A DNA stretch of 64,000 nucleotides from a bacterium BMS3Bbin03 (GTDB lineage Bacteria > Zhuqueibacterota > JdFR-76 > BMS3Abin05): the NCBI GenBank assembly GCA_002898015.1, contig BDTM01000128.1, forward strand, positions 74,418-138,417, read 5' to 3'. Positions 9,390 through 18,275 of this stretch are shown here, in pieces (the stretch's first letter is position 1; each line of letters opens with the position of its first letter). Made by a program: the position numbers and the translations under genes. The notes under the pieces were generated by a model that saw only the letters and a program-made list of their open reading frames with translations, made no database searches and was not told the DNA's origin.

Positions 9390-10460
9390 TTGTTTCCTAT
9401 GCATCACGATTGGGAAAGGAAATTCAACATGAATGAATTGCGGCGTGATCCTGTCAGCGGGCGATGGACGATCGTTTTAATGGGAAAAAAATTCAGATTA
9501 GAGGATTTAAGAAACCTCTTCCAGCCCATTACAAAGCAGGCCGTTGAATCCTGCCCATTTTGTGAAAACAATGAAGCACGAACACCCTCCGAAATTTATG
9601 CGCTTCGACCGCCTGGCTCCCGTCCCAATTCACCCAACTGGGAAATCCGGGTTATCCCAGACTATTACCCGATTCTCCAAACCCACGGTGATATCGATAA
9701 TCGGGCCGCCGGAATTTACGATGTGCTGAATGGGATCGGTGCTCACGAAATTTTAATCGAACATCCCAGTCACAATGTAAATCTCCCGGAATTTTCGGCG
9801 GCGCATACGGTGGATGTGTTAAAAACCATGCAGATGAGAATCATCGCCTTAAAAAAGGATCCGCGCTTTCGCTACGTGCTGATCCACAAAAATTACGGGG
9901 AGGCCACGGGAAATACGCTGAGGCACGCCTATTCACAAATTTTGGCGACGCCAATCACACCCCGCAGAATTCGGGATGAATTGCTAAATGCTAAGGAATA
10001 TTTTAGTTACAAAGAGCGCTGTGTGTTTTGCGATATTGTGGACGAAGAGACACTGAGGCAAAAGCGTATTGTGTTGGAAGACCAAAATTTCATCGCGTTT
10101 GAACCCTTTGCCTCAGGACGATCGTTTGAGACCTGGATAATGCCCCGCCGCCATGAAACTTTTTTTGAGACAAATGAAAATCTTCAATCGCTTGCAGAAA
10201 TGTTGATTGCCACGATGAAAAAAATAAAGACCCTGCTGGATGATCCTTCTTACATTATCACGCTGCACAACGGCCCGAATATTTCCGTCTCGGTAAAACG
10301 CCGGTACTGGAAAACCATTAGAAAGGATTACCATTGGCACTTTGAAATTGTGCCGAGGCTGCGCAGCCGGAGTAGTTTTGAATTGGGGTCGGGCATCCCC
10401 ATCAATCCGGTGGCGCCGGAAAAGGCCGCCCAGATATTACGAGAAGAGGAGTGGGAATGA
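9390..10460 (+). CDS. GalT-like HIT-superfamily nucleotidyltransferase (galactose-1-phosphate uridylyltransferase family, divergent)
   Basis: The likely true start is the ATG at 9429 (MNELRRDPVSGRWTIV, GalT-like N-terminus). CPFC zinc motif. First half-barrel GIGAHEILIEHPSHN. The second-half HIT-like motif is HWHFEI. The first-half HPHGQ position reads RHAYSQ. The stop overlaps the tdk start (ATGA). Confidence 0.6.
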   Translation: MFPMHHDWERKFNMNELRRDPVSGRWTIVLMGKKFRLEDLRNLFQPITKQAVESCPFCENNEARTPSEIYALRPPGSRPNSPNWEIRVIPDYYPILQTHGDIDNRAAGIYDVLNGIGAHEILIEHPSHNVNLPEFSAAHTVDVLKTMQMRIIALKKDPRFRYVLIHKNYGEATGNTLRHAYSQILATPITPRRIRDELLNAKEYFSYKERCVFCDIVDEETLRQKRIVLEDQNFIAFEPFASGRSFETWIMPRRHETFFETNENLQSLAEMLIATMKKIKTLLDDPSYIITLHNGPNISVSVKRRYWKTIRKDYHWHFEIVPRLRSRSSFELGSGIPINPVAPEKAAQILREEEWE

Positions 10461-11017
10461 ATATTTTTCGCGACCGGGAAACGGGCTGGATCGAAGTGAT
10501 CTGCGGGCCGATGTACAGCGGCAAAACAGAGGAACTCATTCGAAGGCTTCGCCGGGCACAAATTGCCAGACAAAAAGTGGCCATTTTTAAACCCAAAATC
10601 GACACCCGCTACAGTGACGACCACATCGTTTCCCACAGCGAACAACAGCTTCCTTCCGTTTCGGTTGAAACCGTGGATGAAATCCGCCGGCATTCGGCCG
10701 AGGCAGAAGTCATTGGAATTGATGAAGCGCAATTTTTTGGAATGGAGCTGATTCAGTTGTGCCAGAATTTGGCCGATAAGGGCAAACGCGTCATTGTGGC
10801 CGGCCTGGATCTGGACTACAGGGGGGAGCCGTTCGAGCCGATTCCGCAGCTCCTGGCGGTTGGGGAATACATTACGAAAACGCTTGCGATTTGTATGGTG
10901 TGCGGAAATCCGGCAAGCCGCACCCAGCGGCTCACGAAAGACGCTGCACGTGTTGTTGTGGGCGGGCAGGACATTTACGAAGCGAGATGCCGAAAATGCT
11001 TTGTTCCGCCTGTGTAA
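10457..11017 (+). CDS. tdk: Thymidine kinase
   Basis: MNIFRDRETGWIEVICGPMYSGKTEEL (P-loop) and C-terminal zinc-binding Cys pairs (CMVCG...CRKC). The ATG at 10457 overlaps the upstream stop. Confidence 0.9.
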   Translation: MNIFRDRETGWIEVICGPMYSGKTEELIRRLRRAQIARQKVAIFKPKIDTRYSDDHIVSHSEQQLPSVSVETVDEIRRHSAEAEVIGIDEAQFFGMELIQLCQNLADKGKRVIVAGLDLDYRGEPFEPIPQLLAVGEYITKTLAICMVCGNPASRTQRLTKDAARVVVGGQDIYEARCRKCFVPPV

Positions 11018-11047
11018 AAATCAAAATTACGGCCGTTTTTGATTTTT
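11016..11047 (+). other. Perfect 11-bp A/T-only inverted repeat with a CGGCCG-containing loop, immediately after the tdk stop
   Basis: AAAAATCAAAA-ttacggccgt-TTTTGATTTTT. This could be a weak terminator or attenuator. It has no G/C in the stem. Confidence 0.3.
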
Positions 11048-11150
11048 AAAAATCTGCGGTAATGTCATTTGCCGGACACGTTTAAATGAACCGGGAAGGA
11101 AGGATGTATTTTCGCAAAGAACCGAAATTCCCTTAAACGGAGGCTTTTGC

Positions 11151-12419
11151 ATGGTTGAAAGGTTAATTAGTTTTTCGGGTATTTTTGTCTTGTTGGGCAT
11201 TGCCTGGTTAATGTCGAATAATCGAAAGAAAATTCATTTTCGCACGGTGTGGGTCGGTATTTCGCTTCAGCTCATCTTTGCCGTCTTCATTTTAAAAACC
11301 AGAGTGGGGCTGATGGTATTCGATTTTTCCCGAGTCGTGATTACCAAGCTGTTGGATTTTACGGATTACGGTTCGGTTTTTCTGTTTGGAAATCTTTACA
11401 GGGCAACACCGGACATTGTTAAGGGTTTGGGCAGCAGCGGGCCGTATCAGCTTATGAACAGTGCCACAGGCCGCTTTGTCAATATTGGGACGATCTTTGC
11501 GATTCACGTGCTTCCCACAATCATTTTCTTTGCTTCCATCATGTCCATTCTGTACCACCTGGGTATCATGCAAAAGTTTGTGGCCGCGATGGCCTGGGTC
11601 ATCAGCAGGGCCATGAAAGTGAGCGGGGCGGAATCGCTTTCGGCCGCATCCAATATTTTTGTGGGACAGACGGAGGCGCCTCTGGTCATTAAACCGTATA
11701 TTTCCGATATGACCATGTCGGAACTGATGGCGGTTATGGTGGGCGGGTTTGCCACGGTGGCCGGCGGCATTATGGCGGCTTATGTCCGGTTTGGAATCGA
11801 TCCGGGAAATTTAATGGCCGCCAGCGTGATGTCTGCACCGGCGTCGCTGGTCATGGCCAAAATTATTTACCCGGAAACAAAAACGCCGAAAACAGCCGAA
11901 ACTGTAAAGGTCTTTATCGAAAAAAAGACGGAGAATGTCATTGATGCGGCGGCACAAGGGGCCGCAGAAGGGCTGAAGCTTGCCCTGAATGTGGGCGCCA
12001 TGCTGCTCGCATTTATCGCGATAATCGCCATGATTAATTTTGGATTGGGATTTTTACACACCAGTTTAAAAGAGATTTTCGGGTATATTTTTATGCCGAT
12101 TTCTTTTTTCATGGGCGTACCCACAAAAGATCTGGTTGAATTTGGGAACTTGCTGGGGACAAAAATTTCCGTCAACGAATTTGTGGCTTATGTGGAACTG
12201 GGCGCGATAAAAGATCAGCTCTCACCCCGTACAGTCATTATCGCCACGTATGCCCTGTGCGGATTCGCCAATTTCAGTTCCATTGCGATCCAGATTGGCG
12301 GCATTGGCGGAATCGCACCCAATCGAAGGAGCGATCTGGCAAAATTGGGGATGCGGGCCATGTTTGGAGGCGCGCTGGCGTCCTGGCTCACCGCCACAAT
12401 CGCAGGGATGATTATTTAG
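11151..12419 (+). CDS. nupC: Concentrative nucleoside transporter (NupC/CNT family)
   Basis: 422-aa polytopic membrane protein. It has conserved CNT motifs (GQTEAPL, and GGIAPNRRSDLAKLGMRAMFGG at the C-terminus). Confidence 0.85.
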   Translation: MVERLISFSGIFVLLGIAWLMSNNRKKIHFRTVWVGISLQLIFAVFILKTRVGLMVFDFSRVVITKLLDFTDYGSVFLFGNLYRATPDIVKGLGSSGPYQLMNSATGRFVNIGTIFAIHVLPTIIFFASIMSILYHLGIMQKFVAAMAWVISRAMKVSGAESLSAASNIFVGQTEAPLVIKPYISDMTMSELMAVMVGGFATVAGGIMAAYVRFGIDPGNLMAASVMSAPASLVMAKIIYPETKTPKTAETVKVFIEKKTENVIDAAAQGAAEGLKLALNVGAMLLAFIAIIAMINFGLGFLHTSLKEIFGYIFMPISFFMGVPTKDLVEFGNLLGTKISVNEFVAYVELGAIKDQLSPRTVIIATYALCGFANFSSIAIQIGGIGGIAPNRRSDLAKLGMRAMFGGALASWLTATIAGMII

Positions 12420-12666
12420 GGCTTGAGTAAAGTCATCTTGAAAAAGATGCTTATTCAGCCGCAACGGAAAGATATGAATTTTAATGGTCCCCACAGTAAA
12501 AATGGGATTCGAAGATTTATTATATGATCTTAGTGCCTTCGGGACTTCGCGGCAGACAAATACCTGAATTATTATGAAAAAAGTGGCCGGGTACATCTGG
12601 AGACATCGGCGTGAAGTTGGCAGAGCGCTTTTCCACGCCGTTCAGAAGAAAATGAGACACCGAAAA

Positions 12667-13494
12667 ATGTCAAATTATAAACGTGACCTGAATGAAGCGA
12701 AGAAATTCCTGGAAAAACAGGTCGATCAATTTCCCAAAATAGGGATTATTCTGGGATCGGGATTGGGAAATTTTGCGGAGGAGGTCTCGGAAGCCGTCAG
12801 CATTCCGACAGAAAACATTCCGCACTACCCGGTTTCGACTGTGTCCGGTCATGCAGGGAAATGGGTGTTTGGGGTCATTTCAGGGAAGCGCGTGCTGGTC
12901 ATGAAGGGCCGGGTGCATTTTTACGAAGGCTACCCGATGCGGCAGGTGGTTTTTCCGGTACATCTCATGGGCGAGACCGGCATCAAAACCCTGATTGTAA
13001 CAAACGCTTCCGGCGGCATTAATCCGCTGTTCCGGCCGGGTGATTTGATGCTCATTGAAGATCACATCAATCTCTTTTTCACGAATCCGATGATCGGGGG
13101 TGAAGAATCGGCATTTGGAGCGCGTTTTTCGGACATGTCGCACCCGTACGATCCGGAGCTGTGCGCACTGACTGAAAAAATCGCAAGTGAGGAAAAAATT
13201 TTGCTGCGAAAAGGCATATTGGTGGGAAGCCGCGGCCCGACTTACGAAACGGCTGCTGAGATTCGCATGTTTCAGCGTCTGCGCGGAGACGCAGCCACCA
13301 TGTCCACCGTACCCGAAGTAATTGCAGCAAACCACAGAGGGATGAAGGTCCTGGGAATCTCCTGTATTACCAATATGGCCACAGGATTCTCGGCACAGCC
13401 GTTATCGCATAAAGAGGTGACAGTCGTCGCCGATCAGGTCAAAGAAAAATTTCATCGCCTCGTGAAAGCAATCTTGAAAGCAATGCCGGACTAA
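12667..13494 (+). CDS. punA: Purine nucleoside phosphorylase (PNP family 2, PunA-type)
   Basis: GIILGSGLG, GHAGKWVFG, VMKGRVHFYEGY, IVTNASGGIN and MLIEDHIN motifs. The start is chosen at the internal ATG 12667 (MSNYKRDLNEAKKFL), which fits PNP N-termini. The ORF track begins at 12574. Confidence 0.8.
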   Translation: MSNYKRDLNEAKKFLEKQVDQFPKIGIILGSGLGNFAEEVSEAVSIPTENIPHYPVSTVSGHAGKWVFGVISGKRVLVMKGRVHFYEGYPMRQVVFPVHLMGETGIKTLIVTNASGGINPLFRPGDLMLIEDHINLFFTNPMIGGEESAFGARFSDMSHPYDPELCALTEKIASEEKILLRKGILVGSRGPTYETAAEIRMFQRLRGDAATMSTVPEVIAANHRGMKVLGISCITNMATGFSAQPLSHKEVTVVADQVKEKFHRLVKAILKAMPD

Positions 13495-13524
13495 ACCTTT
13501 TTCAACTGCAAAAACGGAGGTGAC

Positions 13525-15195
13525 ATGCAGAAGATTGTGGAGTGTGTGCCCAATTTTAGTGAAGGCCGGGACCGGTCGATTATAGAGGCGATTGCCGCCG
13601 AAGTTTCTTCCACCGAAAACATCCTGCTGCTGGATGTGGATCCGGGAAAGGCGACCAACCGGACCGTTTTTACGTTTATCGGTTCACCGGAAGGTGTGAA
13701 AGAAGCGGCTTTTAAGGCTATAAAAAAGGCGTCGGAATTAATCGATATGCAGAAGCAGACCGGTGAACATCCCCGGATTGGTGCCGCAGATGTGGTCCCT
13801 TTTGTGCCGGTTTCGGGGGTGACCATGGAAGACTGCGTGCAGTTGGCACATGACTTGGGGCAACGGGTGGGAGAAGAGCTGCATATCCCGGTCTATTTAT
13901 ACGAAGAAGCGGCGACGCAGCCGGAACGAAGAAATCTGGCGGACATTCGCAAGGGAGAGTACGAAAGCCTGCCGGAAAAACTAAAAGACCCTCACTGGAA
14001 ACCCGATTACGGCCCGGCGGAATTCAATCCCCGCACCGGTGCCACCGTGATAGGCGCCCGGGAGTTTTTGATCGCTTACAATATCAATTTAAACACGCGG
14101 GACCGCAAACTGGCACAGGAAATTGCCTTGAATTTGCGGGAATCCGGGCGGGCCAAACGGGACGAAACGGGTCAGATTGTCCGGAATCCCGACGGAACGG
14201 CCCTGAAAGTCCCCGGGCGGCTGAAAGCGGTCAAAGGCGTCGGCTGGTACATCGACGAATACGGTATTGCACAGGTTTCATACAATTTGACGAATTACAA
14301 AGTGACCCCGCTTTACCGGGTATTTGAAGAATCTCAAAAAGAGGCCGGGAAGTTGGGGCTCCGCGTGACGGGAAGTGAATTGGTGGGCTTAATTCCGCTG
14401 GAGGCTATTAAACAGGCGGGCTGCTATTTTCTTGAGAAACAGGGGAAAACGGCCGGCGTTCCGGAGGAAGAGATTATTCACATCGCCGTAAAATCGCTGG
14501 GACTGGATGACTTGGGCCCGTTCGACCCGGAGCAGAAGATTATCGAGTACCGGTTTCAGGAGCGGTTTGGCCCGCTGGCAAAAATGCGCCTCTGGGAGTT
14601 TTCCAATGAATTGTCTATGGATTCGCCGACGCCGGGCGGGGGCAGTGCGGCGGCACTCTCCGGTGCACTGGCGGCGGCACTCGTTTCGATGGTGGCAAAT
14701 TTGACGTACGGAAATAAAAAATACGAACAACATTGGGATGCCGTAAAGCCGCTTGCCGTGAAGGCACAGGAGCTGAAGGATCGGCTTTTGAAAGCCGTCG
14801 ATCGTGACACGGCTGCATTCGACGCGGTGATGGATGCCTACCGGCGCCCGAAGAAAACGGAAGAAGACCAAAAAGCACGGGAAAATGCCATTCAACAGGC
14901 CACGAAAGGAGCCACCGGCGTGCCGCTGGAAGTGATGGAACTGGCGTTTGAAACGCTGCAATTGGCAAAAACCGCCGCCGAAAAAGGAAATGTAAATTCC
15001 ATTAGCGATGCCGGCGTGGCCGCTTTAATGGCTCTTTCGGCCGTAGAAGGCGCTTATTTGAATGTGAAGATCAATTTGGGGGCGATTGAAGATAATTCTT
15101 TTAAAACCGGTGCGGAAACGAAGGCGGGCGAAATCCGGAAAAAAGCCATGGAATTGAAGCACGAAATTTGGAATCTTGTTGAGAAAAACAGATGA
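13525..15195 (+). CDS. Formimidoyltransferase-cyclodeaminase (glutamate formiminotransferase + formimino-THF cyclodeaminase)
   Basis: The N-terminus MQKIVECVPNFSEGRD is canonical for the formiminotransferase domain. The length of 556 aa fits the bifunctional FTCD with a C-terminal cyclodeaminase domain. Confidence 0.8.
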   Translation: MQKIVECVPNFSEGRDRSIIEAIAAEVSSTENILLLDVDPGKATNRTVFTFIGSPEGVKEAAFKAIKKASELIDMQKQTGEHPRIGAADVVPFVPVSGVTMEDCVQLAHDLGQRVGEELHIPVYLYEEAATQPERRNLADIRKGEYESLPEKLKDPHWKPDYGPAEFNPRTGATVIGAREFLIAYNINLNTRDRKLAQEIALNLRESGRAKRDETGQIVRNPDGTALKVPGRLKAVKGVGWYIDEYGIAQVSYNLTNYKVTPLYRVFEESQKEAGKLGLRVTGSELVGLIPLEAIKQAGCYFLEKQGKTAGVPEEEIIHIAVKSLGLDDLGPFDPEQKIIEYRFQERFGPLAKMRLWEFSNELSMDSPTPGGGSAAALSGALAAALVSMVANLTYGNKKYEQHWDAVKPLAVKAQELKDRLLKAVDRDTAAFDAVMDAYRRPKKTEEDQKARENAIQQATKGATGVPLEVMELAFETLQLAKTAAEKGNVNSISDAGVAALMALSAVEGAYLNVKINLGAIEDNSFKTGAETKAGEIRKKAMELKHEIWNLVEKNR

Positions 15196-16505
15196 CTGAA
15201 ATCACCCTAAAAAATGCCGTGGTCCTTTCGATGGCGCCCGGTCAGGAAGAACCCTTTCCGGCCGATATTTTCATCGGAAACGGCCGGATTAAAGCGATTG
15301 GAACAAATCTGCCTTCAAGCGGAAAAGTGATTGATGCGGACGGTTTGGTGGTCATGCCCGGGTTTGTGCAGAGTCACATTCACCTGTGTCAGACCCTTTT
15401 CAGAAACATGGCTGAAGACATGGAACTGCTAAATTGGCTGCATCAGAAAATCTGGCCACTGGAAGCCGCCCACTCGGAGCGCTCTTTGCGGGCATCGGCC
15501 CGGCTGGGATTGGCCGAACTTATTTCGGGTGGAACGACGGCTATTCTGGATATGGGCAGCGTTCGAATGACCGATGTCCTTTTCGAGGAAGCGGCAAAGG
15601 CCGGAATTCGAGCCAACATCGGTAAGACACTTATGGATAAAGGGGATCGAATCCCGAAAGCCCTTTCGGAAAACGGCCGCAAAAGCGTGGAAGACGGCCT
15701 GCGTCTTCTGAAACGCTGGCGAGGTGCCGCCAACGGCCGTCTGGATTTTAATTTTGCGCCGAGATTTGCGCTCTCCTGTTCGGAGAACGTGTTTCGGGAC
15801 GTTGCCGGCATTTCGGTTGAAAACGAAATCATCGTCCACACGCATGCTTCAGAAAATCAGGATGAGCTTCGGAAAGTCCGGGGAGCGACCGGGATGCGCA
15901 ACCTTGAGTATTACCACGCCGCCGGTCTGGACCGTTTTCATTTATCGGTGGCACATTGCATCTGGCTGGATGACGGCGAAATGGACATTCTGGCCCATAC
16001 CAACACGCACGTGCTGCACTGCCCGTCGTCAAATCTTAAACTGGGCTCCGGAATTGCAAAGGTGCCGGAAATGCTCCGGCTCGGCATTAAGGTGTCACTC
16101 GGCGCCGACGGAGCCCCCTGCAACAACAACCTGGATATGTTTCAGGAAATGCGGCTTGCCGGTCTGATTCAAAAGCCGCGTGCCGGAGTCAAAAGTCTGC
16201 CGGCCGGAGAGATTGTCCGGATGGCGACGGTCGGCGGCGCCCGTGCGCTCGGGCTGGCGCATGAAATAGGGACCCTCGAGATTGGCAAAAAAGCCGATCT
16301 CATTTTAATTAATTTGAATCGGGTACACACATTTCCGATGCAGGACATTTACACACAACTGGTGTACGCCGCCCGCGCCACCGATGTACAAACCGTCATT
16401 ATCGACGGCGAAATCGTGATGGAAAACAGAGAATTGATTTCTTTGAATCACGAAGAAATTCTGGCCCGGGCTCAGGAAGAATTGAAGAACATTTTAAGGG
16501 CTTAA
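15192..16505 (+). CDS. Amidohydrolase, MtaD/SAH-deaminase-like (guanine/chlorohydrolase deaminase subfamily)
   Basis: The N-terminal pattern KNAVVLSM...GNGRIKAIG...VIDADGLVVMPGFVQSHIHLCQTLFRNMAEDMELLNWLHQKIWPLE matches the MtaD/SsnA family metal-binding HxH region. The 4-nt overlap with FTCD suggests an operon. Confidence 0.65.
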   Translation: MTEITLKNAVVLSMAPGQEEPFPADIFIGNGRIKAIGTNLPSSGKVIDADGLVVMPGFVQSHIHLCQTLFRNMAEDMELLNWLHQKIWPLEAAHSERSLRASARLGLAELISGGTTAILDMGSVRMTDVLFEEAAKAGIRANIGKTLMDKGDRIPKALSENGRKSVEDGLRLLKRWRGAANGRLDFNFAPRFALSCSENVFRDVAGISVENEIIVHTHASENQDELRKVRGATGMRNLEYYHAAGLDRFHLSVAHCIWLDDGEMDILAHTNTHVLHCPSSNLKLGSGIAKVPEMLRLGIKVSLGADGAPCNNNLDMFQEMRLAGLIQKPRAGVKSLPAGEIVRMATVGGARALGLAHEIGTLEIGKKADLILINLNRVHTFPMQDIYTQLVYAARATDVQTVIIDGEIVMENRELISLNHEEILARAQEELKNILRA

Positions 16506-16507
16506 AT

Positions 16508-17035
16508 ATGTGGAATCGAATTTTAGTCATTGTGACGTCGACACTCGTGCTCATTCTTTTGTATGTGTTTATTCCCGGCTTAAGGAATGATCGAGACCGA
16601 ATTCTGGGGGACAAGCAGTTTAAATCGGATCATTGGAAAAAAGCCGCCAAACTTTATGAAAAAGTAATCGATTACAATGCCAATTCTCCAAAAGAGATGA
16701 CACGCCTCGGCTATTGTTATTTTAAAACAGGGGATGTCAAAAAAGCCATTGCCACATTTAAAAAATCGATTCAGATAGATTCAACAAAGCTCAAAACATA
16801 TCGCTGGCTGGGAGACGCATTTTTACAAGAAGAAGATTTTTTGAATGCCGGAAAAGCGTACCAAAAGTTAATTTCACTCTATCGTGCGCATCACTTACTC
16901 GACAAAACAGACGCCGACGACTATATGTACGCACTGGATAAATCCGTGTTTTGCGAATTAAAATTAAAAAACGATTCGCTGGCGCTGCGCCAATTGCACA
17001 GTTTTGCCAGCGCGCTTCGCATGAAAATTCAATAA
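16508..17035 (+). CDS. Membrane-anchored TPR-repeat protein
   Basis: N-terminal transmembrane helix followed by TPR-like repeats (LGYCYFKTGDVKKAIATFKKSIQID..., WLGDAFLQEEDFLNAGKAYQK). Confidence 0.55.
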   Translation: MWNRILVIVTSTLVLILLYVFIPGLRNDRDRILGDKQFKSDHWKKAAKLYEKVIDYNANSPKEMTRLGYCYFKTGDVKKAIATFKKSIQIDSTKLKTYRWLGDAFLQEEDFLNAGKAYQKLISLYRAHHLLDKTDADDYMYALDKSVFCELKLKNDSLALRQLHSFASALRMKIQ

Positions 17036-17052
17036 GTTCCCCATGAGTTAAG

Positions 17053-17628
17053 ATGATTGTTGCCATCGGTTCGACACGTCCCGCGAAGGTTCAGGCTGTG
17101 AAAGACGCCTTTGAAGCCGTTCGGGCTTATTTTCTCCGGCCGGGAGAAGCGTTTGAATTTGAAACCTACAGCATTCCCAGCCATGTGGCGGACATGCCGA
17201 CAACTCTGCCGGAACTGATGGCGGGTGCGAGAAACAGGGCAAAGAATCTCCAAAAAATAAGGGAAAAGGCCGATTTTTATGTGGGTCTGGAAGGCGGGTT
17301 TTTTCAGCAGCGGCCGCAGGAAAATGATCCGGTTCAAACTTTTTTACAGGGATGGGCGTTTGTGACGAACGGCCGGTCGGAGAGCTTCGGCGCCAGTTAT
17401 TGTGCGCCTGTTCCCGACGCGCTGGTGAAAGCCGTTTACGAAGATCATCTTGAATTGGGCGTCATTATCGACCGGTTTTCCGGGGCGAAAAATGTGCGCG
17501 ACCATCGCGGCGCCTTCGGCATATTTACCCTGGACATACTTACGAGATCGCACTCTTTTAAAACGGCCTTGTGGGGCGCACTGGCCCCTTTCTACAATCC
17601 TTCCCTTTACCAGAAATCCCTGGATTGA
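17053..17628 (+). CDS. yjjX: Inosine/xanthosine triphosphatase (YjjX/DUF84 non-canonical NTP pyrophosphatase)
   Basis: Collinear with E. coli YjjX. Shared segments: GSTRPAKVQAV, GARNRA, GLEGG, GAFGIFT, and ALWGALAPFYN matching AVILALSPFHN. Confidence 0.7.
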   Translation: MIVAIGSTRPAKVQAVKDAFEAVRAYFLRPGEAFEFETYSIPSHVADMPTTLPELMAGARNRAKNLQKIREKADFYVGLEGGFFQQRPQENDPVQTFLQGWAFVTNGRSESFGASYCAPVPDALVKAVYEDHLELGVIIDRFSGAKNVRDHRGAFGIFTLDILTRSHSFKTALWGALAPFYNPSLYQKSLD

Positions 17629-17629
17629 A

Positions 17630-18220
17630 ATGAAAATCCGTGCAGGCAGATGGGTCTGGGATCTAAAATCGTTTATTTACAAATGGCTGCGGTCCTTTTT
17701 TGTGTATGACCGGATTTACCGGGCCGAAATTCGCCCTTTCCGGAAGTGGCTCACCGACCGCATTCAATACGATAAAAAATATCTGGATCTGGGGGCGGGC
17801 AGCGGCGATTCTTTTGCGGTTTACCCCAAACAGTGCCATCCGGCCGGATTAGATTTTTCCCTTCGGATGCTTAAGCTTTTGCGGAAGAAAACAGCCTCGC
17901 CGCTCGTTCAGGGAGACGCCGCGTTCCTGCCGTTTAAAAACGGGGCTTTCGCCGGGATTACCGCCATCGGACTGGTTGAATACGTGGATTCGCTGCCGGA
18001 CGTTCTGTCTGAGATTCACAGAATTCTGCAGCCGGACGGCTGGCTTGCCGTTACAATTTCACAGCCGAACGGGTTAAACCTGCTCCGCAGCTTGACCGGA
18101 AGCCGTCTGCACCTGTATTCAATCGAGAAATTTAAAACACTTGTTTCAGACAGGGGATTTCAAACGCACGAAACGAACAAGACTCTGTTCCAATACCAGT
18201 TGTATCTAAAAAAGAGCTGA
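17630..18220 (+). CDS. Class I SAM-dependent methyltransferase
   Basis: Motif I LDLGAGSGD. The start is set at ATG 17630, which removes the 180-nt overlap with yjjX. The ORF track begins at 17450. Confidence 0.65.
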   Translation: MKIRAGRWVWDLKSFIYKWLRSFFVYDRIYRAEIRPFRKWLTDRIQYDKKYLDLGAGSGDSFAVYPKQCHPAGLDFSLRMLKLLRKKTASPLVQGDAAFLPFKNGAFAGITAIGLVEYVDSLPDVLSEIHRILQPDGWLAVTISQPNGLNLLRSLTGSRLHLYSIEKFKTLVSDRGFQTHETNKTLFQYQLYLKKS

Positions 18221-18275
18221 CCTGCCCGGGCAAGGCACCGTTTCTTTGCCGCAGTTCTTTCAGAAAAATCCTTCA

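Noticed and set aside
14389-14968. Antisense 190-aa and 117-aa ORFs within FTCD.
   Set aside because: They are Arg/Pro-rich out-of-frame products of a GC-richer coding segment with no motifs.
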